Notes: a model not told the origin generated them from the letters alone. Counted from the stretch's first letter, positions 13,011 through 49,000 are shown. The stretch: DNA of 64,000 nt from Octopus sinensis (GCF_006345805.1 NC_043002.1:74090001-74154000); one strand, 5' to 3'. A program made the numbers and translations.

Positions 13011-14419
13011 AAGGACCAGTTATGCATAGAGAAACCCCTGGTATAGGAATATCACAAAAAGGATGATTGAGCAACATTGAAAAATGACCAGAGAATATAG
13101 TAGAAAACATTAGGTTGACTGCTAACTGGATGAGACGGAGGGAGGACACTGTGTGTAAAGCTGTGCATCTATAACCTTCTAAGGTTATGAGTTTTTGATT
13201 GATTATAGATCCCAAATTATTCAGGGCAATCTTATATCCCTAACAATCATTGATATCCAGCTTGGCTCTCCAGGTCCCAGTCTTTAACCATAAATAGTGA
13301 CTTTTTCCAGATAGGCATCCTAACTTATTAAAATCACTTGCATATTTTTCAAATAACATAGTATTGGTTACAGCTTACACAGAAATGTAATGGAAATTAA
13401 AGGGCATGTATGAACAGAACTCCTGACATTAGTGAGAAATTTTCAACAATCATGCTGAATGACAAACAACAACAGGAACAATATGTTGTTTTATAAGTTG
13501 GTGAGCTAGATGCTCTGGGTATGACTTTAAGCTGCATCTGGTTGTGGGGCCCTGATTCAAGGGTTCCAGGGTTTTGAGGAGTGTGGAGCCAATTCTTAGT
13601 CACAATTGTCTACACTGATCCAGAGTAGAATCACCTGTCAGGGTCCCAACTATGGGTTAATTAGCATGTCAGAATCATTTTCAGATCACTCACACATACA
13701 CCCAACAGATCCAGAGCAGATGAGGCCTTCAGCTCTTTAGCTGCTCATCTAAGAGAAAGTAACTCTATACAAAACCTGCATCCTGATAACTGTTGCACCC
13801 ATGGCACTTATTGCATCAGACCAATATAAGTTTGGAGGATGAGAGTGGGACTGGCTCTGCACAAATTATGCCCACTATAATCCTCTTGTGGAATAATCTG
13901 GGCATTTAAAAAAGGCTAAGGGAATAAACCTCTACAGAAAATCTGCAGGGAGAGATCCTAAGGTAGGTATGACAAATTATCCATTCTACATTGAAAAGTT
14001 TTCTGGTATCAAATAAAGTTTTGATAAGTGAATGACTCAGTTAAATCCTCATTTGTTAGCTACCAATCTCTGGTTTAGCCACCTAATCCAATTGGAATTT
14101 ATCCATTTAGTTATTAAATTCATATTCTCATTAATATTCTTAATCCAAGTATATTATTGATGCAGATAGTCATGCTTTGACATTTCTGATTTTAGCTGCA
14201 AGGACACACCTCTAACATACACGTACAAAGTGATCAGCTTCTTATATTTGGAGCTTGTTTTGGCCTAGACTAGAAACCTATTTAGCCTTTGGCATAATGA
14301 AACTCCAAGAAGTCTTCAAATTTCAGTTTGCTTACTTCTTATTACCTTTGAGGGTAATCTGAATTTCAATGTCATAACAGAAACATGGATGGACAGCTCA
14401 AGTACTTACTACATACTTA

Positions 14420-14718
14420 CTTGTGGCGACATTCGCCCTGGGTGGGTTGAGTCAGCTTCTTCTACTCATGGAAGAAGTTTCGTGGGAATAAGTGGATTTC
14501 ACAAGCAATCCCCAACAATCCTGCATGTGGAGACAACCTGTTTGCCGCAGACGCAGGGACAGAACGACCGAGGAGCCGCCAGTTGCCGAGGCAGACACTC
14601 AGAGGATTTTCACCTGAGCCCCATCTGCCGGGTTGTGGCCCTAATACCACTCGGTGTCAGACCAATCTGCCTTGGGTGGCCCTACCAGGAACCGAAGTTC
14701 CCGACGGTATAGCTCTGA
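14420..14718 (-). mobile_element. GC-rich repeat, probably the 5' region of an RTE-clade LINE
   Basis: Abrupt GC/CpG-rich island; minus strand has CCTGGTAGGGCCACCCAAGGCAGATTGGTC, resembling RTE 5' segments. Confidence 0.45.
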
Positions 14719-16362
14719 CACTACCCCTTGCCAGCATCCCCACCATGGATTGCTAGCATCACCTTCACCTCTTTTATGTAGATGATTACAAAATGATGTG
14801 GTTGTGTATTATGATAGCTTTGTCAAAGTAGAAGCTAATGTTTTATGAGTTCTTTCAGAGCTGCCATGAACTGTTTAGACTCATGAATACACAAATGAAA
14901 TCTAAAGCTTTGGTAAGCTTTGTTTGGTTGATACAATAGTCAACCTATGCAGAATTATATCAAGCATCAATTTCTTTTGTAGATATAGATGCTTGCTTTT
15001 GATGCCAAACCCTGTTCAGAACACAACTCATTGAATATTTAGCTTCTATTTGTTAGCTGATATAGAATCATTAATTTTATTTCTTTAATGCTCAGCAGTT
15101 ATCCATAACATTGCAGTAAGTAATACAAAGACACAGCTTCACCCTCATAAACATTAGCTAACACTGTTGTCACCATGTAAAGACATTTAGATATAAATTA
15201 AAAAATGCAATGTTCTCTAACAAAAGGTATATGTTCCTGTCCCACACCGTAAAGTTAAGGCACCTTATATCGGCTTATAAATTAAGAAACTTTGCAACAG
15301 CTCATCACATGCTCAATATAATCTCAATCGCCAATAAGTGGATAATAATACATTAATTCGTAAACATAGATAGATGAATTCTTATTCCCGAAATTTCACA
15401 TGAAAAATGGGATTTGATTAGATCATAGAAAAAAACATATTTGTCAAAATCTTAAAGAATCTATTTTAAAATTAGACGATAATTGACAACCGTGTCTGGA
15501 CAACCTAATTAAGGCTTCATCCATTGCAACAGCTTTTATTGATCAATAACCAATATGTCGGCAAGCCAAAAGAATACGACTTGAATATTACTGAATTAGT
15601 AGCATAAGTTTACATCATCGTTGACTACTAAGAGCATACATAATGCATTGTTGCAATTGTGTGCTATTGAACGAAATACTTATCATAGCTTCTTTATCAG
15701 CTATTTTGTGCAGCTGGAGGACAGACAGTTAGTATGAATAAAATTACTGTCTTTTTGAGAGCGCAAAGAAAGCTAGATATAAAATCAAACTGAACGTATA
15801 TATAATTTCAGTTTGGTTTTACATGTCAGGATTGTTTTTAAAAATAGGAATATCAATAATCAAGGTATCTTTTAAAAAAAATTACCAGATCTACACATAC
15901 ACTTAGCGAATGCTTGGGAAAAACCTCACAATAACAGACTATGCAAGTCTAATCAATATAACAAGTGATCAAAAAGGCAATCGCTATAATAGCAAATAAA
16001 AATTTTCTAAGCTAAGAAAATATATGCGCGCAGTTGGGTAGAAGAGGGTTTTGAAGTGAGATGAGGCGTCACCGCGTAATGGTGAATAATCAACTACATC
16101 CATAACGACGATGACGAAGATGGTGATGATAGTCACATGATCATCAGTCACATGATAAATCGCCACCGACGTATGCAACAACGCTACAAACTCTTTTGGA
16201 CGAGTCCAATATATGCTTGGAGTGCCGCAAATTGCCTTGCACTCCTACGAAGCTGAAATAGACTGCGCTACTTGTTGAACTAGTCCACAATTTCATCTTG
16301 TCGGCCTTACTATCAACTGTAGCTATTTCGCAGCTGGACATAACAACTGCTACACACACAAG

Positions 16363-38489
<22,127 letters not shown>

Positions 38490-39665
38490 GAAAAACAAAG
38501 TGAAAGAAATGTAAAAATAAATACCAACAGAAGTGAAGATTTCATTGGAGTGTCTACTTTTCTGCCACAAATCCAGCCTTCCAGCTATTAAAACTATTTA
38601 ACCCAAACAATCATTTCAGCCATCTCTTTTCTAATGCTTCAATTTTTTTTTTCTTAAACCTGTACTGCAAGGCCCTTTTTATTTTTTTTTTATCTGGCAT
38701 TCCAATTTTTGTTTCTGGTCCTTGCCATTTAGACTCTTATGAAGTTGTTTGTATATCAATGTACTAGTTTTACTTTTGTATTTTTCTATTTGAAGAATAT
38801 GTTGTAATATTTTTGTTTTTGATTAAATATACTCTCCTCTTTTAATACCACCATGTCATATTTAGCTAAGATGGCACCAATTCAAGTGTTAAACATCAAG
38901 AAATTTTATTGATTCAGCTCAGTGTTTACTGATTCTGCAATGGATCTTGGAACACTTCAAACATTTGCTGGTGCTTAACTGCATTTTTGCTGTATTGGGT
39001 GCAATGATTTGTCTCCATAGTTATTAAGAAAAAACAACAAAACTTTAATATCTGGAAATTTCTTTTCCCAATATATATAGATTTTTACTAAGTTTATAAT
39101 ATAACTAAAAACAGTTTTCAATATTGTTTTAGGAAAATATTTTTAGTTTGAATACTTTCCTGGTAATTATCAAAGCACCGTAATTTAGTCTTTCTTTCAT
39201 CTACATATCTTTTGGCTGGAACAATAATTTGCCATTATTATATGGATGTTTTTTTTTTATCCCTTCCCAAACATAACTTCCAAATATTTCATAGCTAAAT
39301 TCTAATTACTGACATCTAATTTCTGGAGTGTTATTGATGTTTTAAAGATCTATCCCCCACTTCCACTCTACATGAATGCAACTATTTTGTTTTTGTATGT
39401 CAGAAGCGAAGCAGAGAATTTCTTTGTTTCCATCACAATATAGCAATTAACTTCTTGGCTTCTTTTAAGTGACCATTTCACTGCTTGGTGCCTGCTGTGA
39501 TTACCATATTCTTTGGCTGTGCATGTAGTACTGTGAAAGGTTATGTGTTTTTGTTTAGAACATTGTATGCATTCCAATAATGGATCTACAAGAAAATCAC
39601 GCTGCGTGTAAGTCATGTGGAATATTTTTCTACACTTCCCCTTTTGGTGATAATATGTAAATAAA
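38490..39665 (+). other. Probable REEP5 3' UTR; end not defined
   Basis: U-rich, repeat-poor stretch after the stop; AATAAA hexamers near 38516 and 39660. Confidence 0.4.
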
Positions 39666-40840
39666 ACTCAGTTTTCTCTTTAATTGTCCTTTGTATGTTT
39701 TTTTTTCCTCCCCCCCACTTCTCACAAGCTTCATCTGAATTAACTATTTTGCCATCATTTAAAATTTTTTTTGTAAACATCATTCTACTCATACTTTCTC
39801 TATGAAACTATTCAAATTCAAGATTCCTAACGAAATTAAATTTGGTTGCTTTTTCTTACTCATTGTTTCGAAAAAGAAAAACGTTATTTAAAAAGTTATT
39901 GTAACTATGGTAACTTAATAAAAGTGAATAATAATTCTTCAAAGCTGGAATTTTTTTTTTCTTTTCTGAATGTTTTAATTTTCACACTTGCTTTGCATGG
40001 CTGTGTGGTTAAATTTGCTTTGCAACCATGTTTCAAATTTGAACTATGTGTGGCACCTTGGGCAAGTCTCCTACTACAGCCCTGGGCCAATAAGTCTTAT
40101 GAGTGGAATTGGTTGATGGAAACCGAAAGCCTATTGTGTGTGACTGCATATGTTGACATTCCACCACTTGTTACCAAAATGGTAATGTGCTGATATTACA
40201 AACAGTTGCTGTGTACATGTTCAAATTCCAGTGGAATAAGATTACTGACTTGAAAAACGAGGATTGGTGATAGGAAAGGCATGCTGCCTCAAGTTTCTAT
40301 GCAAGTCGAGGTAGCATGGATAAAAATTTTAATAACTTTAGAACTAGTGTAAATAATTTACTGTAACTAGGAACATTTTCTACATGGCTGGTGCACCACT
40401 CTACTTAATGGATATCAGCAAACAATATTTCAGTTCAGCTCGTGGCAGCATACTAACAAAACAAATTTATTTATCGTGATCCTACCTTCTAATCAAAAGA
40501 TGTTTGACTTTTATCAAGTTAAGACAAATCTGCATAAATAGGATATCTTGACTGTATTATATAGTTTTCTTTTGAATTGATGATCCTATTAATTCTTAGG
40601 ATTACTTACGACTTGGACTTGGCACTTACAACCTAAAAAGTCACTGCTTATAGTTATCTTTTCTAATTTGTGAATTGTTTTTGCAGTCTGAAAATTTTAA
40701 ATGTTCATTGAAAAACCTGGTTAAACATTTTAACTGAGAAAGTAGATCTCATTCATGAGGGGAAAGAAAAATATGTGTGAATTATCCATTTTGCAGTCAT
40801 GGATGGATTTATGTTAAGTTTGATCTGAAAATCTGTTCCT

Positions 40841-40882
<42 letters not shown>
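40841..40882. repeat. (GTA)14 microsatellite; many (TA)n, (CA)n, (GA)n, (CAT)n and poly-T tracts occur elsewhere
   Basis: Direct reading. Confidence 0.95.
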
Positions 40883-42740
40883 TCAGCATGTGCATTACAT
40901 GGTGTATGTACACATACAAGGTACGGTGTTTTGAAGGGGAAATTTGGCTGGCAGTTGGTAGGTATACTAAGAGCAGCCCAGCATCTTATTAAAGAGGGAC
41001 TTCTATTAACATCACAACATTTTCAATACTTTCAGAATGTGAACATATATCAGTTACTGTTAATTATTCAAGGATCTAGTTTCTAATTCAAGTTGTAGGT
41101 TTATTTGTTTAATTTTATACTTTTCTGTATTCATTGCTGTTGTTTAGTCTCAACTCAGTTTTGTCCCTCTCAACTGGCACAAAGCTACACTCCTATACAA
41201 TTCCATCATCCCAGCTGTGTGGGTGGGGTGATGTACCTGGTGACCCTGTCATGAAATTTTTATAGCCAGTTTCAATTTAGATTGCAAAATTTGTAGTGTA
41301 AAATGGTGTTCTTAGGTTGGTATCAAAAGGGTTACGATTACAATAGGCTGACAGGTTCTGAAAACTTGGATATTTTGACATTATAAATGTTTTAGTGCTG
41401 GCTGCCATTATTAATCCATTCAACAGAAAAAGTCTGTATCCATTTGGAGAAACACTGAAGTGCTTGGAATTATGCATAGTAGTATTTCTAAAATGCAAAA
41501 ATTCATTGCAACCTTCATGATGGCAAATCAACTTAAGTAATAGGTATCAAACAGTGCTTTACGTCTAATCAGGATCATCTGCTTTCCCTGTTGGCATGGG
41601 TTAAATGGTTTGACTGAAACTGGTAAGCTGGAGGGATGCACTAGGTTTCAATCTGATTTGGTATGGTTTCTATGGCTGGATGTCCTTCCTAACACCAACC
41701 ACTCTAAGAGTGTAATGGGTACTTTTACATGACACGGGTATCAGCCATAACTATGATTTCACTTGGCTTGATGGGCCTTCTCAAGCATGGTATATCACCA
41801 AAGGTCTTAGTTACTTATTGCCTCCATGAGGCCCAACATTTGAAGGGTGTTTTGATAAATTTCAGACCCTTACCATTTTATATACATCTCCATACTGATA
41901 TAAGTGGACTAACTGTTTAGACAACCCCACAGTGGTGAATAAATGCACCTGTAGGCAAGAATAAGTTATGGAAACCTCTTCAATTGTTCCATGAGCAATA
42001 AATTAAATCAGATTGAAAGACATGAATCCAAAAACCAACTACACAAAATAACTGTGTTAGAAATAGTCTTCAAGATAGTCCTTCAGCTTGTCCTCTCTCT
42101 CCTCAAAAATAACTGGCCTTGAATCTGCAACTTAAGGATGTCCAGCTCAGAGGAAGAAGGTTGTGATCATGGCCAGTTATATACCAAGTAAAATGGGTTA
42201 ATGCAGGGGCAGACTGAGCTGTCGGTCAATTGGGCACTGCCTGAGGGCCTGCACTCGACATGTTAACTCTACTAAAACACATATTTCAAATTGAGGGCAT
42301 ATGATGTTCAGTTTGGACGTCATTACAATGCCTGTTTTAAAAAAAATGGGGCAGAGTTATGCTGTTCTCTCAAAACCAATATCAACTTCAAGGACAAGTA
42401 GAAAAGCTACACTATTTTGCACACAATATAACATTTTTAAGATTACTGTCCTTTCAAAATTTCTCGAGAGTAAAATCTGCTAAAGAGCAAGATGAATGAA
42501 AAAACCAAATTTTACATGCATTTGATAGGGGAGATAGACTGATATAAACATGGGCACAGAACAAAAATCTCTGATTATAAGAGAACATCAAAAACGGAAA
42601 TCACATGCTGCTAAGTATGGGATTTTCCATTATAAATATGAGGAACATTAGAAGCAGAATGAGCAATGGAAGTATGGTTACTTGACCTAAACATAACAGT
42701 TAAATCTTATCCTATTTGTTTAGATAAAGACACCTGATAT

Positions 42741-42914
42741 AATATCCTTGATACATTGAGGTGGTAGGTTATAATTGAAATGCTACACAATCATGACTAA
42801 ACAAAAATACCAAAAGCTGTACAAACTAATATCCTTGATACATTGAGGTGGTAGGTTATAATTGAAATGCTACACAATCATGACTAAACAAAAATACCAA
42901 AAGCTGTACAAACT
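42741..42914. repeat. Perfect 2 x 87-bp tandem duplication
   Basis: aatatccttgatacattgagg...aaagctgtacaaact at 42741-42827 and 42828-42914. Confidence 0.95.
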
Positions 42915-43470
42915 ATACTTTATGGTAAATGAGGAATAGTCTAATACAGTGCAGGAAGATAAGATAAACCAGAAATTTTCAAACTACACTAAAATCTGTT
43001 ACTAAAGAGGCCATTGTTTTGTTAGCAATAACTTTTTTTCTTTTTTAATATGTTAGGATGAGCTGGTCAGTGCCTGGTTTTTACAGGTCATCATAATTGT
43101 TCATCATTGTTTAATGTCTACTTTCCATGCTGGCATGGGTGGGATGGTTTGACAGAAGCCAGCCAGGTGGAAGCCTGCACTAGACTTCTATGACTGTTTT
43201 AGGAGGATTTTTACAACTGGATGCCCTTCCTAACACCAAGTGTTTTTTACATGGCACAGCACAGGTGAGGTTCTGGTTGATAATTAGCTTGAACATTTCT
43301 TAGAAAAATTAAAGTATTTTAAGAGAGTTATCAAAGGAAACAGCAGAAGCAAAAGTATGTAGTTGATTCATCAGAACAAACAGTGGTAACCAAATATTCT
43401 GCTTTAGTTCTCTTTATTACATTCGTTGAACTTTTTTTTCTTGAGCCCCTGGACTGATAAAGCCTTAACC

Positions 43471-43625
43471 CAGAGGCAGACAGTATTAAGGGCTCTTGGG
43501 CATAATTATTTACTGGGCACCTTTGAATGTGTGTTATAGTAGAGGTAACATGTAGAGTGCAGGCCCCCTCAGAGATCTGGGCCCTCGGGCAGTGCCCATT
43601 TGACTGACAGCTCAGTCCGCCCCAG
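43471..43625. mobile_element. hAT-type MITE (~155 bp) nested in a host repeat; the composite recurs inverted at 42087-42290
   Basis: Ends cagaggcagac / gtccgccccag; 8-bp flanks ccttaacc and ctttaacc (7/8). Confidence 0.7.
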
Positions 43626-44426
43626 CTTTAACCCATTTTACTTAGTATATAACTGGCTGAGATCACAACCTTCTTCCCCTGAGCTGGACACTAGTAAGTT
43701 GCAGATTCAAGGCCAGTTATTTTTGAGGAGAGAGGACAAGTTGATTATATTGATCCCAGGACTTGACTGGTATTTTATTTTAATTGACCCCAAAGGGATG
43801 AAAAGCAAAGTTGATCTCGACAGGATTTAAACTCAGAATGTAAAGATCTGGAAGAAATGTTGCTAAGAATTTTCTTTGATGTTCTAAAGATTCTTCTGCC
43901 TGCTTGCTGCTGCCCCACCATGTACATTTTTCTAGAATTATACTTTGTTGAAAAGTTGGCTGATAAAAAAAATTTCTTCCTGTTCCAACAAAATATTTCA
44001 TCCCCCCCTCTTTTTTTTTGGTTTTTTAATCTGCCTAAATACTTTTTTGTGAGTTAAAAAAATGAAAATATTCTAAGAGATAGCACAAATGAAACAGCAT
44101 TTACAAAAAATTAATTAAAATTATTCCTTCGAGTATAAGAGTCAAACCTCAGTCACCTGAACATCAATTATCTGAATTTTGGATTATCTGAACATGTCAA
44201 GATAGAGGAGTTTATCAAGGTAGATTTTCTACAGCTGGATGCCCTTCCTGCTGCCAATACTCACCTGTTTCAAAGGAAGGCAATATTTCCCTATGGCCAG
44301 ACATGCTTTTACAGAATATCATTGCAAATGAATGACACTACTTGTATGACAGTAAAACTCATTTACAACTATCATCATGTGATGTCAGGACAAGAAAACA
44401 CATACATTATCACATATCTCTATATA

Positions 44427-44634
44427 CAGGGTGGCCCAAAAGTAGGTTTACAGTTATCACATAGGCACTTTAAATTTCTTTTAAGACATTTTATTACATT
44501 TAAATTTCCATCTTACAATTAACTAAATTCGCATAGAATAATGGTGTCATATTTTTTTATAATTAAGATCTAAACTGTTAACATATGAATGCAAAAGAGA
44601 TAGTTAAATAACTGTAAACCTACTTTTGGGCCTG
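44427..44634. mobile_element. Tc1/mariner MITE (208 bp)
   Basis: TA|CAGGGTGGCCCAAAAGTAGGTTTACAGTTAT...ATAACTGTAAACCTACTTTTGGGCCTG|TA; right TIR lacks 4 nt. Confidence 0.85.
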
Positions 44635-44854
44635 TATACACAAGATCCTGTGAATATTGTGTGTAACCCAAATTAACATAGTACCAGTTCAACCATTTCA
44701 GTTTTTGATTACAAAGATTAAAAAAGAATCTGCTTTACTGAAGAACGCATGAAAACGTTACGACAATGGTGCTTTAATTACATCTGTTGTCTACATTTAT
44801 CAAAATATCACATGTTGATTGGTCCATCGGTTTGATTTTAGTTGGTCACATTAA

Positions 44855-45070
44855 CCCTTTTGTTACCAAATTCCTGTTGAACTACTCAACCTTTGTTTTA
44901 ATTAACCTTATTAATAAAGAAGTTATTTAGCAAAATAAATTATTAAACTGGAGTTTGAAAAATGAACTAACACGAAATTTTTATGGAAAATTTTAATTTA
45001 GACCACTTTACAATAGGGAGTTTGTGTCATAGATCTAGGGGTTATCTCAGGCAATTTGGTATCAAAAGGG
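44855..45070. mobile_element. Second piggyBac-type MITE family (216 bp)
   Basis: TTAA|CCCTTTTGTTACCAAATT...AATTTGGTATCAAAAGGG; 17/18 TIR match. Confidence 0.75.
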
Positions 45071-45779
45071 TTTAAACTGTTGAATTAATTTAACAAATAA
45101 TTCTAAAGGATTTAAAAGTGTAGCAAAATCAGTGACGACTTCATTTACTCTACAAATGCTCCAAGCATGTATCAAGTAATTGCATTTGTTGTTGTTGTTA
45201 CTATATCCATGGAAATAAACACCACTGACATTCAAATAGAAAAGTGAGATTTTGCAGTGTTTGGCTCATGATGCAATGGTTTGAAAGACTGCAGAAGAAT
45301 GAATTTTAGCAACTGAATGGCAAAAACTGTGCCAACATTTTTTTTTTAAGTAACTATGTTCAGTATGGTTTCTTTTGTTTTATAATCAGATCAGTTATTC
45401 AAACAAAACACTCTCAGCTCATTTTGGTCAGATAATCAAGAACTAAATATATTTGAGGAAAGTACTTCCAAAATTTGGTTTCAAATTTTGGCATAAGGCT
45501 AGTAATTTTAGTGGAAAGAGTAAGTCCAATTACATCGACACCAGTACTTAACTGGTACTTATTCTAAAAGGATGAGAAGTATAGTCAACTTCAGCAGAAT
45601 TTGAACTCAGAATACAAAAAGCTGGACAAAATGTTGCTAAGCATTTTGTTTGATGTGCTGATGATTCTGCCAGCTTGCTACCTTTTAGTACTCTTAAAAA
45701 TTGGCATAATATTATGATAAGTTGATGATAGCTGGATAAAATAATGGAAAACTGTTCAATTAGCTTGGATGTTTTCAAA

Positions 45780-46012
45780 TTAATTATTTGGTTCAGCCTT
45801 ATTCAGTTCAGCTTTACTTGGTTCAATCTTATTCAGTTCAGCCTTATTTGGTTCAACTTTATTCGGTTCAACCTTATTCAGTTCAGCCTTACTCGGTTTG
45901 ACCTTATTCAGTTCAGTCTTATTCAGTCCAGCTGTAATCTGTTCCACCTTATTTGGTTCAACTTCATTTGGTTCAATTTTATTCATATTTAGATTCATTA
46001 ATTCCCTCATAT
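45780..46012 (-). CDS. Terminal coding exon with 15-bp/pentapeptide tandem repeat (MRELMNLNM-NKIEP-NEVEP-NKVEQ...NKAEP-NN*)
   Basis: Very strong acceptor ctttttattttttttttccag|AT; phase-1 entry matches the microexon; TAA at 45782-45780. Confidence 0.7.
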
Positions 46013-49000
46013 CTGGAAAAAAAATAAAAAAGTTAATTAGTTATCTAAATATCTATTGGGTTGTCAGATAAATTTGTTTCTTTTTCTTTCTTTGTACTTG
46101 GCACTCCATTACTCTGTGTAACATTTTTTTTTTAATTTTGTCTTTAGTTTCTCTTTGCTTCTATCTAGAAATCAAAGGAAATGATCACTATTCCCTTCAA
46201 ACTTTGCTTTTGTGACCTGAACATCAATGTTTTGAAACTAATCTATTTTCCATTACATTTCAAACAGCTGAAATAGCAAATATATATAGCAAATATTCTG
46301 CTCAATACCACAGATTTGCTTGTCAGTGGTTTGACTATAACCACCTGAGCATGTCCCTTAGTGGCTGACAATATGTGCATTTCTGATCATGAGTAGGAGG
46401 AGTGGGGATGTATTATAGCCATGTGTTGAGAAGGATGCTTTGAGGTTTAGATAAATGTACAAAAGCAAAGTTTGAAGGAAATATTAACTATTTTTTATAC
46501 TTTCTAGGGGTAAACAAACAAGAAATAACAGTTGCTACCAAGGACAAAAAAAAAAATGTGTTGTTATATCTGAAAAGAGGTAAACATTTTTCAAATTTCA
46601 AAATTGGTAAAAACAGAACTTGTAGAGGAAGATTAGATCTACAAAAAGAAAAAGAAAAAAAAAAAAGAAACACATAAGACACTATGATAAAAATATTTTC
46701 ATGTTAATTTAAATAATATAGTAAAGAACTTAAACAAATGGGAAAAAATGAACATGTTTACTGGATATCACAATAAACTACTTTAAGATATTCAGTGGTA
46801 AAAAAAACTCTGATGGTATTTTGGCTTAAACATTATCAAGTCAGATTTAATTGCATTTTAACAATATTCAGGATCATCCTTGTTAGAAAGTAAACTTGTA
46901 ACAAGTAGTCATGCTGGATATGTAGTTTTCTCTCCTGACATTCCGCATTCCCTTCGAATTCTCCTTGTATTTTCTCACAAGAAGGAAGTAAGTCACTTAA
47001 AGGGCTCCCATAAATACATGAGTTTATTCCAACATGATTCAAACATCCCAGTGGAATTTTACAAGGATTACAAGAAATGTAATAACAGAAGATGTATCTC
47101 CAAACATGCCACAACATTCTCCTAGTAATTAGCAATAGGCTTTTCTTCAGGTAAAACAAAAAGTGGAACTCAAGGAAATAACCCTTAAAGATAATCATCC
47201 ATTTGAGATGGGCTAATTGTTCTAATGGAGAATGTGTTGAAGGCACATGTGTGGCATAACTGCTGAGAGAGTCCCATACAGGTTTGTCCTTGCTAAAAGT
47301 CAACCACCTACTGAATCCTTTTTGGCATGCAGCCAAAGCTAAAGGCTAAAAGGACGCCACCTATAGAGGTAGCCTAAAAACACTCAACTGCCAAGAGAGA
47401 CTACTTCAACCGCGTTGTTTACAGATTGATGTAAGTAACAACTATCACCAAACTATCTGTGCTACAGACTAAACAAATGGCTAATTTGAGTTGATATTGA
47501 GTCATAACTAACAATTCATCATCATCATTTAATGTCCACTTTCCCACGATTGCATGAATTAGACTGAATTTATTGAGGCAGATTTTCTATAGCCAGATAC
47601 CCTTCCCATCACCTGTTTCCAAGCAAAGCAATATTTTCTCATAACTAGACATGTTTTTCACAGAAGGCTAGAAACGAACAACCTTGCTTCCACGACAATG
47701 ATGTTCATTTACGACCAAACTGTTATGTTAGACAAGGGTACACACAAATGCACATGTATGAACACACACGTGTGCGCACACACACATGCATGCATATGTA
47801 CACAATGGGCTTTCTGTTTACCAAATCCACTCACAGGGCTTTGGTTGACCCAGGGATATAGTGGAAGACATTTGCCAAAAGTGCAACTCAGTGAATCTGA
47901 CCCCCAAGACCACATGGTTGGGAAGCAACCATGTGGTTATAGACACCTGTGTCTATAGTTAAACATTACAAAAAGAAAAATTAAACATAAAACAAAAAAT
48001 TAATTCCAGTATGTGTTATAAATACCATTTTTTAAAAATTAATGTCTTATATATAATATTTATAGTCAAGAGAGATGACTGCACTGGTATGGCCATGTGG
48101 CAAGAATGGATGTGGATAGCTGTGTGAAAAAGTGCTGAGGGACTAGCTGCTGAGGGACCCTGTGGAAGAGGTAGACCCAGGAAGACCTGGGATGAGGTGG
48201 TGAAGCATGACCTTCAAACATTGGGCCTCACCGAGGCAATGACTAGTGACCAGGACCTTTGGAAATATGCTCTGCTTGAGAAGACTCGGCAAGCTCAATT
48301 GCTTAGTAACATGTGCCTGCCATACTTTTGCTAATTGGTTTAGGTGTCTATGTAGTTGTGAGCTGATATAAATACCCGCTTGGCTCCCTCATCTTTGACC
48401 CAGAGGCATATCTAGGATGTGACAGGTGGATGGAAAGATAACTGTACCAAAACTCAGCTCCACTACAGTTGAGAATTAAACCCACAATCTTAGAATCATG
48501 AGCTGGACATTCTAACCACCAGTCTACACACTTTTATTCACCTACATAAAAACATCCTTCAATATCAATGCATGCCATTGCATGGTATATTAATCTTAGT
48601 ATCCATCCATTCACTGGCGTCATCTTTACTACTAGGTAATCTATCCTCTTTTGATAACCTCCCTTTATCTTAAATAATAAGCAACTAGAATGTGATCAAA
48701 ATGGCTTACTTTTCAGTCCTAAATATATACTTATGTGAGATGTGGTTTCCTTTTTAGCAGTAGAAGCAATTCTCTCTAGATAAGTAGGTACTAGAAAGAC
48801 TCTTCTCTAACAAGTTAGTGACCATTAAGTCTCTGTCAAGTTAGATGAATTCCAATATAAATTAGATGTAAGTTGGCAACAAGAGGACTCTCTTTCAGAG
48901 TGAAAGGTAGACTATATGATGCTTGTGTGTGAACAGCTAATACTCCATGGTAGTGAGACATGGGCTCTGAATGCAGAAGACATGTAGACTGGAGATAAAT

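Noticed and set aside
13200-13620. Possible Gypsy protease/RT-linker remnants on the minus strand
   Set aside because: Only short motif-like strings (KLGCLSG, LLGI*DC), in the wrong order; too decayed to call.
16144-16359. 71-aa minus-strand ORF head-to-head with REEP5
   Set aside because: Starts at GTG in the promoter/5' UTR with no recognisable domain or donor; GC-rich promoters readily give chance ORFs.
45783-45985. CRISPR-like appearance of the 15-bp array (also the 20-bp arrays at 9780 and 57465)
   Set aside because: No unique spacers and no cas genes; eukaryotic context.
46836-47336. 166-aa minus-strand ORF in the last intron of the TIR gene
   Set aside because: No recognisable motif, no phase-compatible splice sites found, and hydrophobic Leu/Ile/Phe bias typical of AT-rich non-coding DNA.
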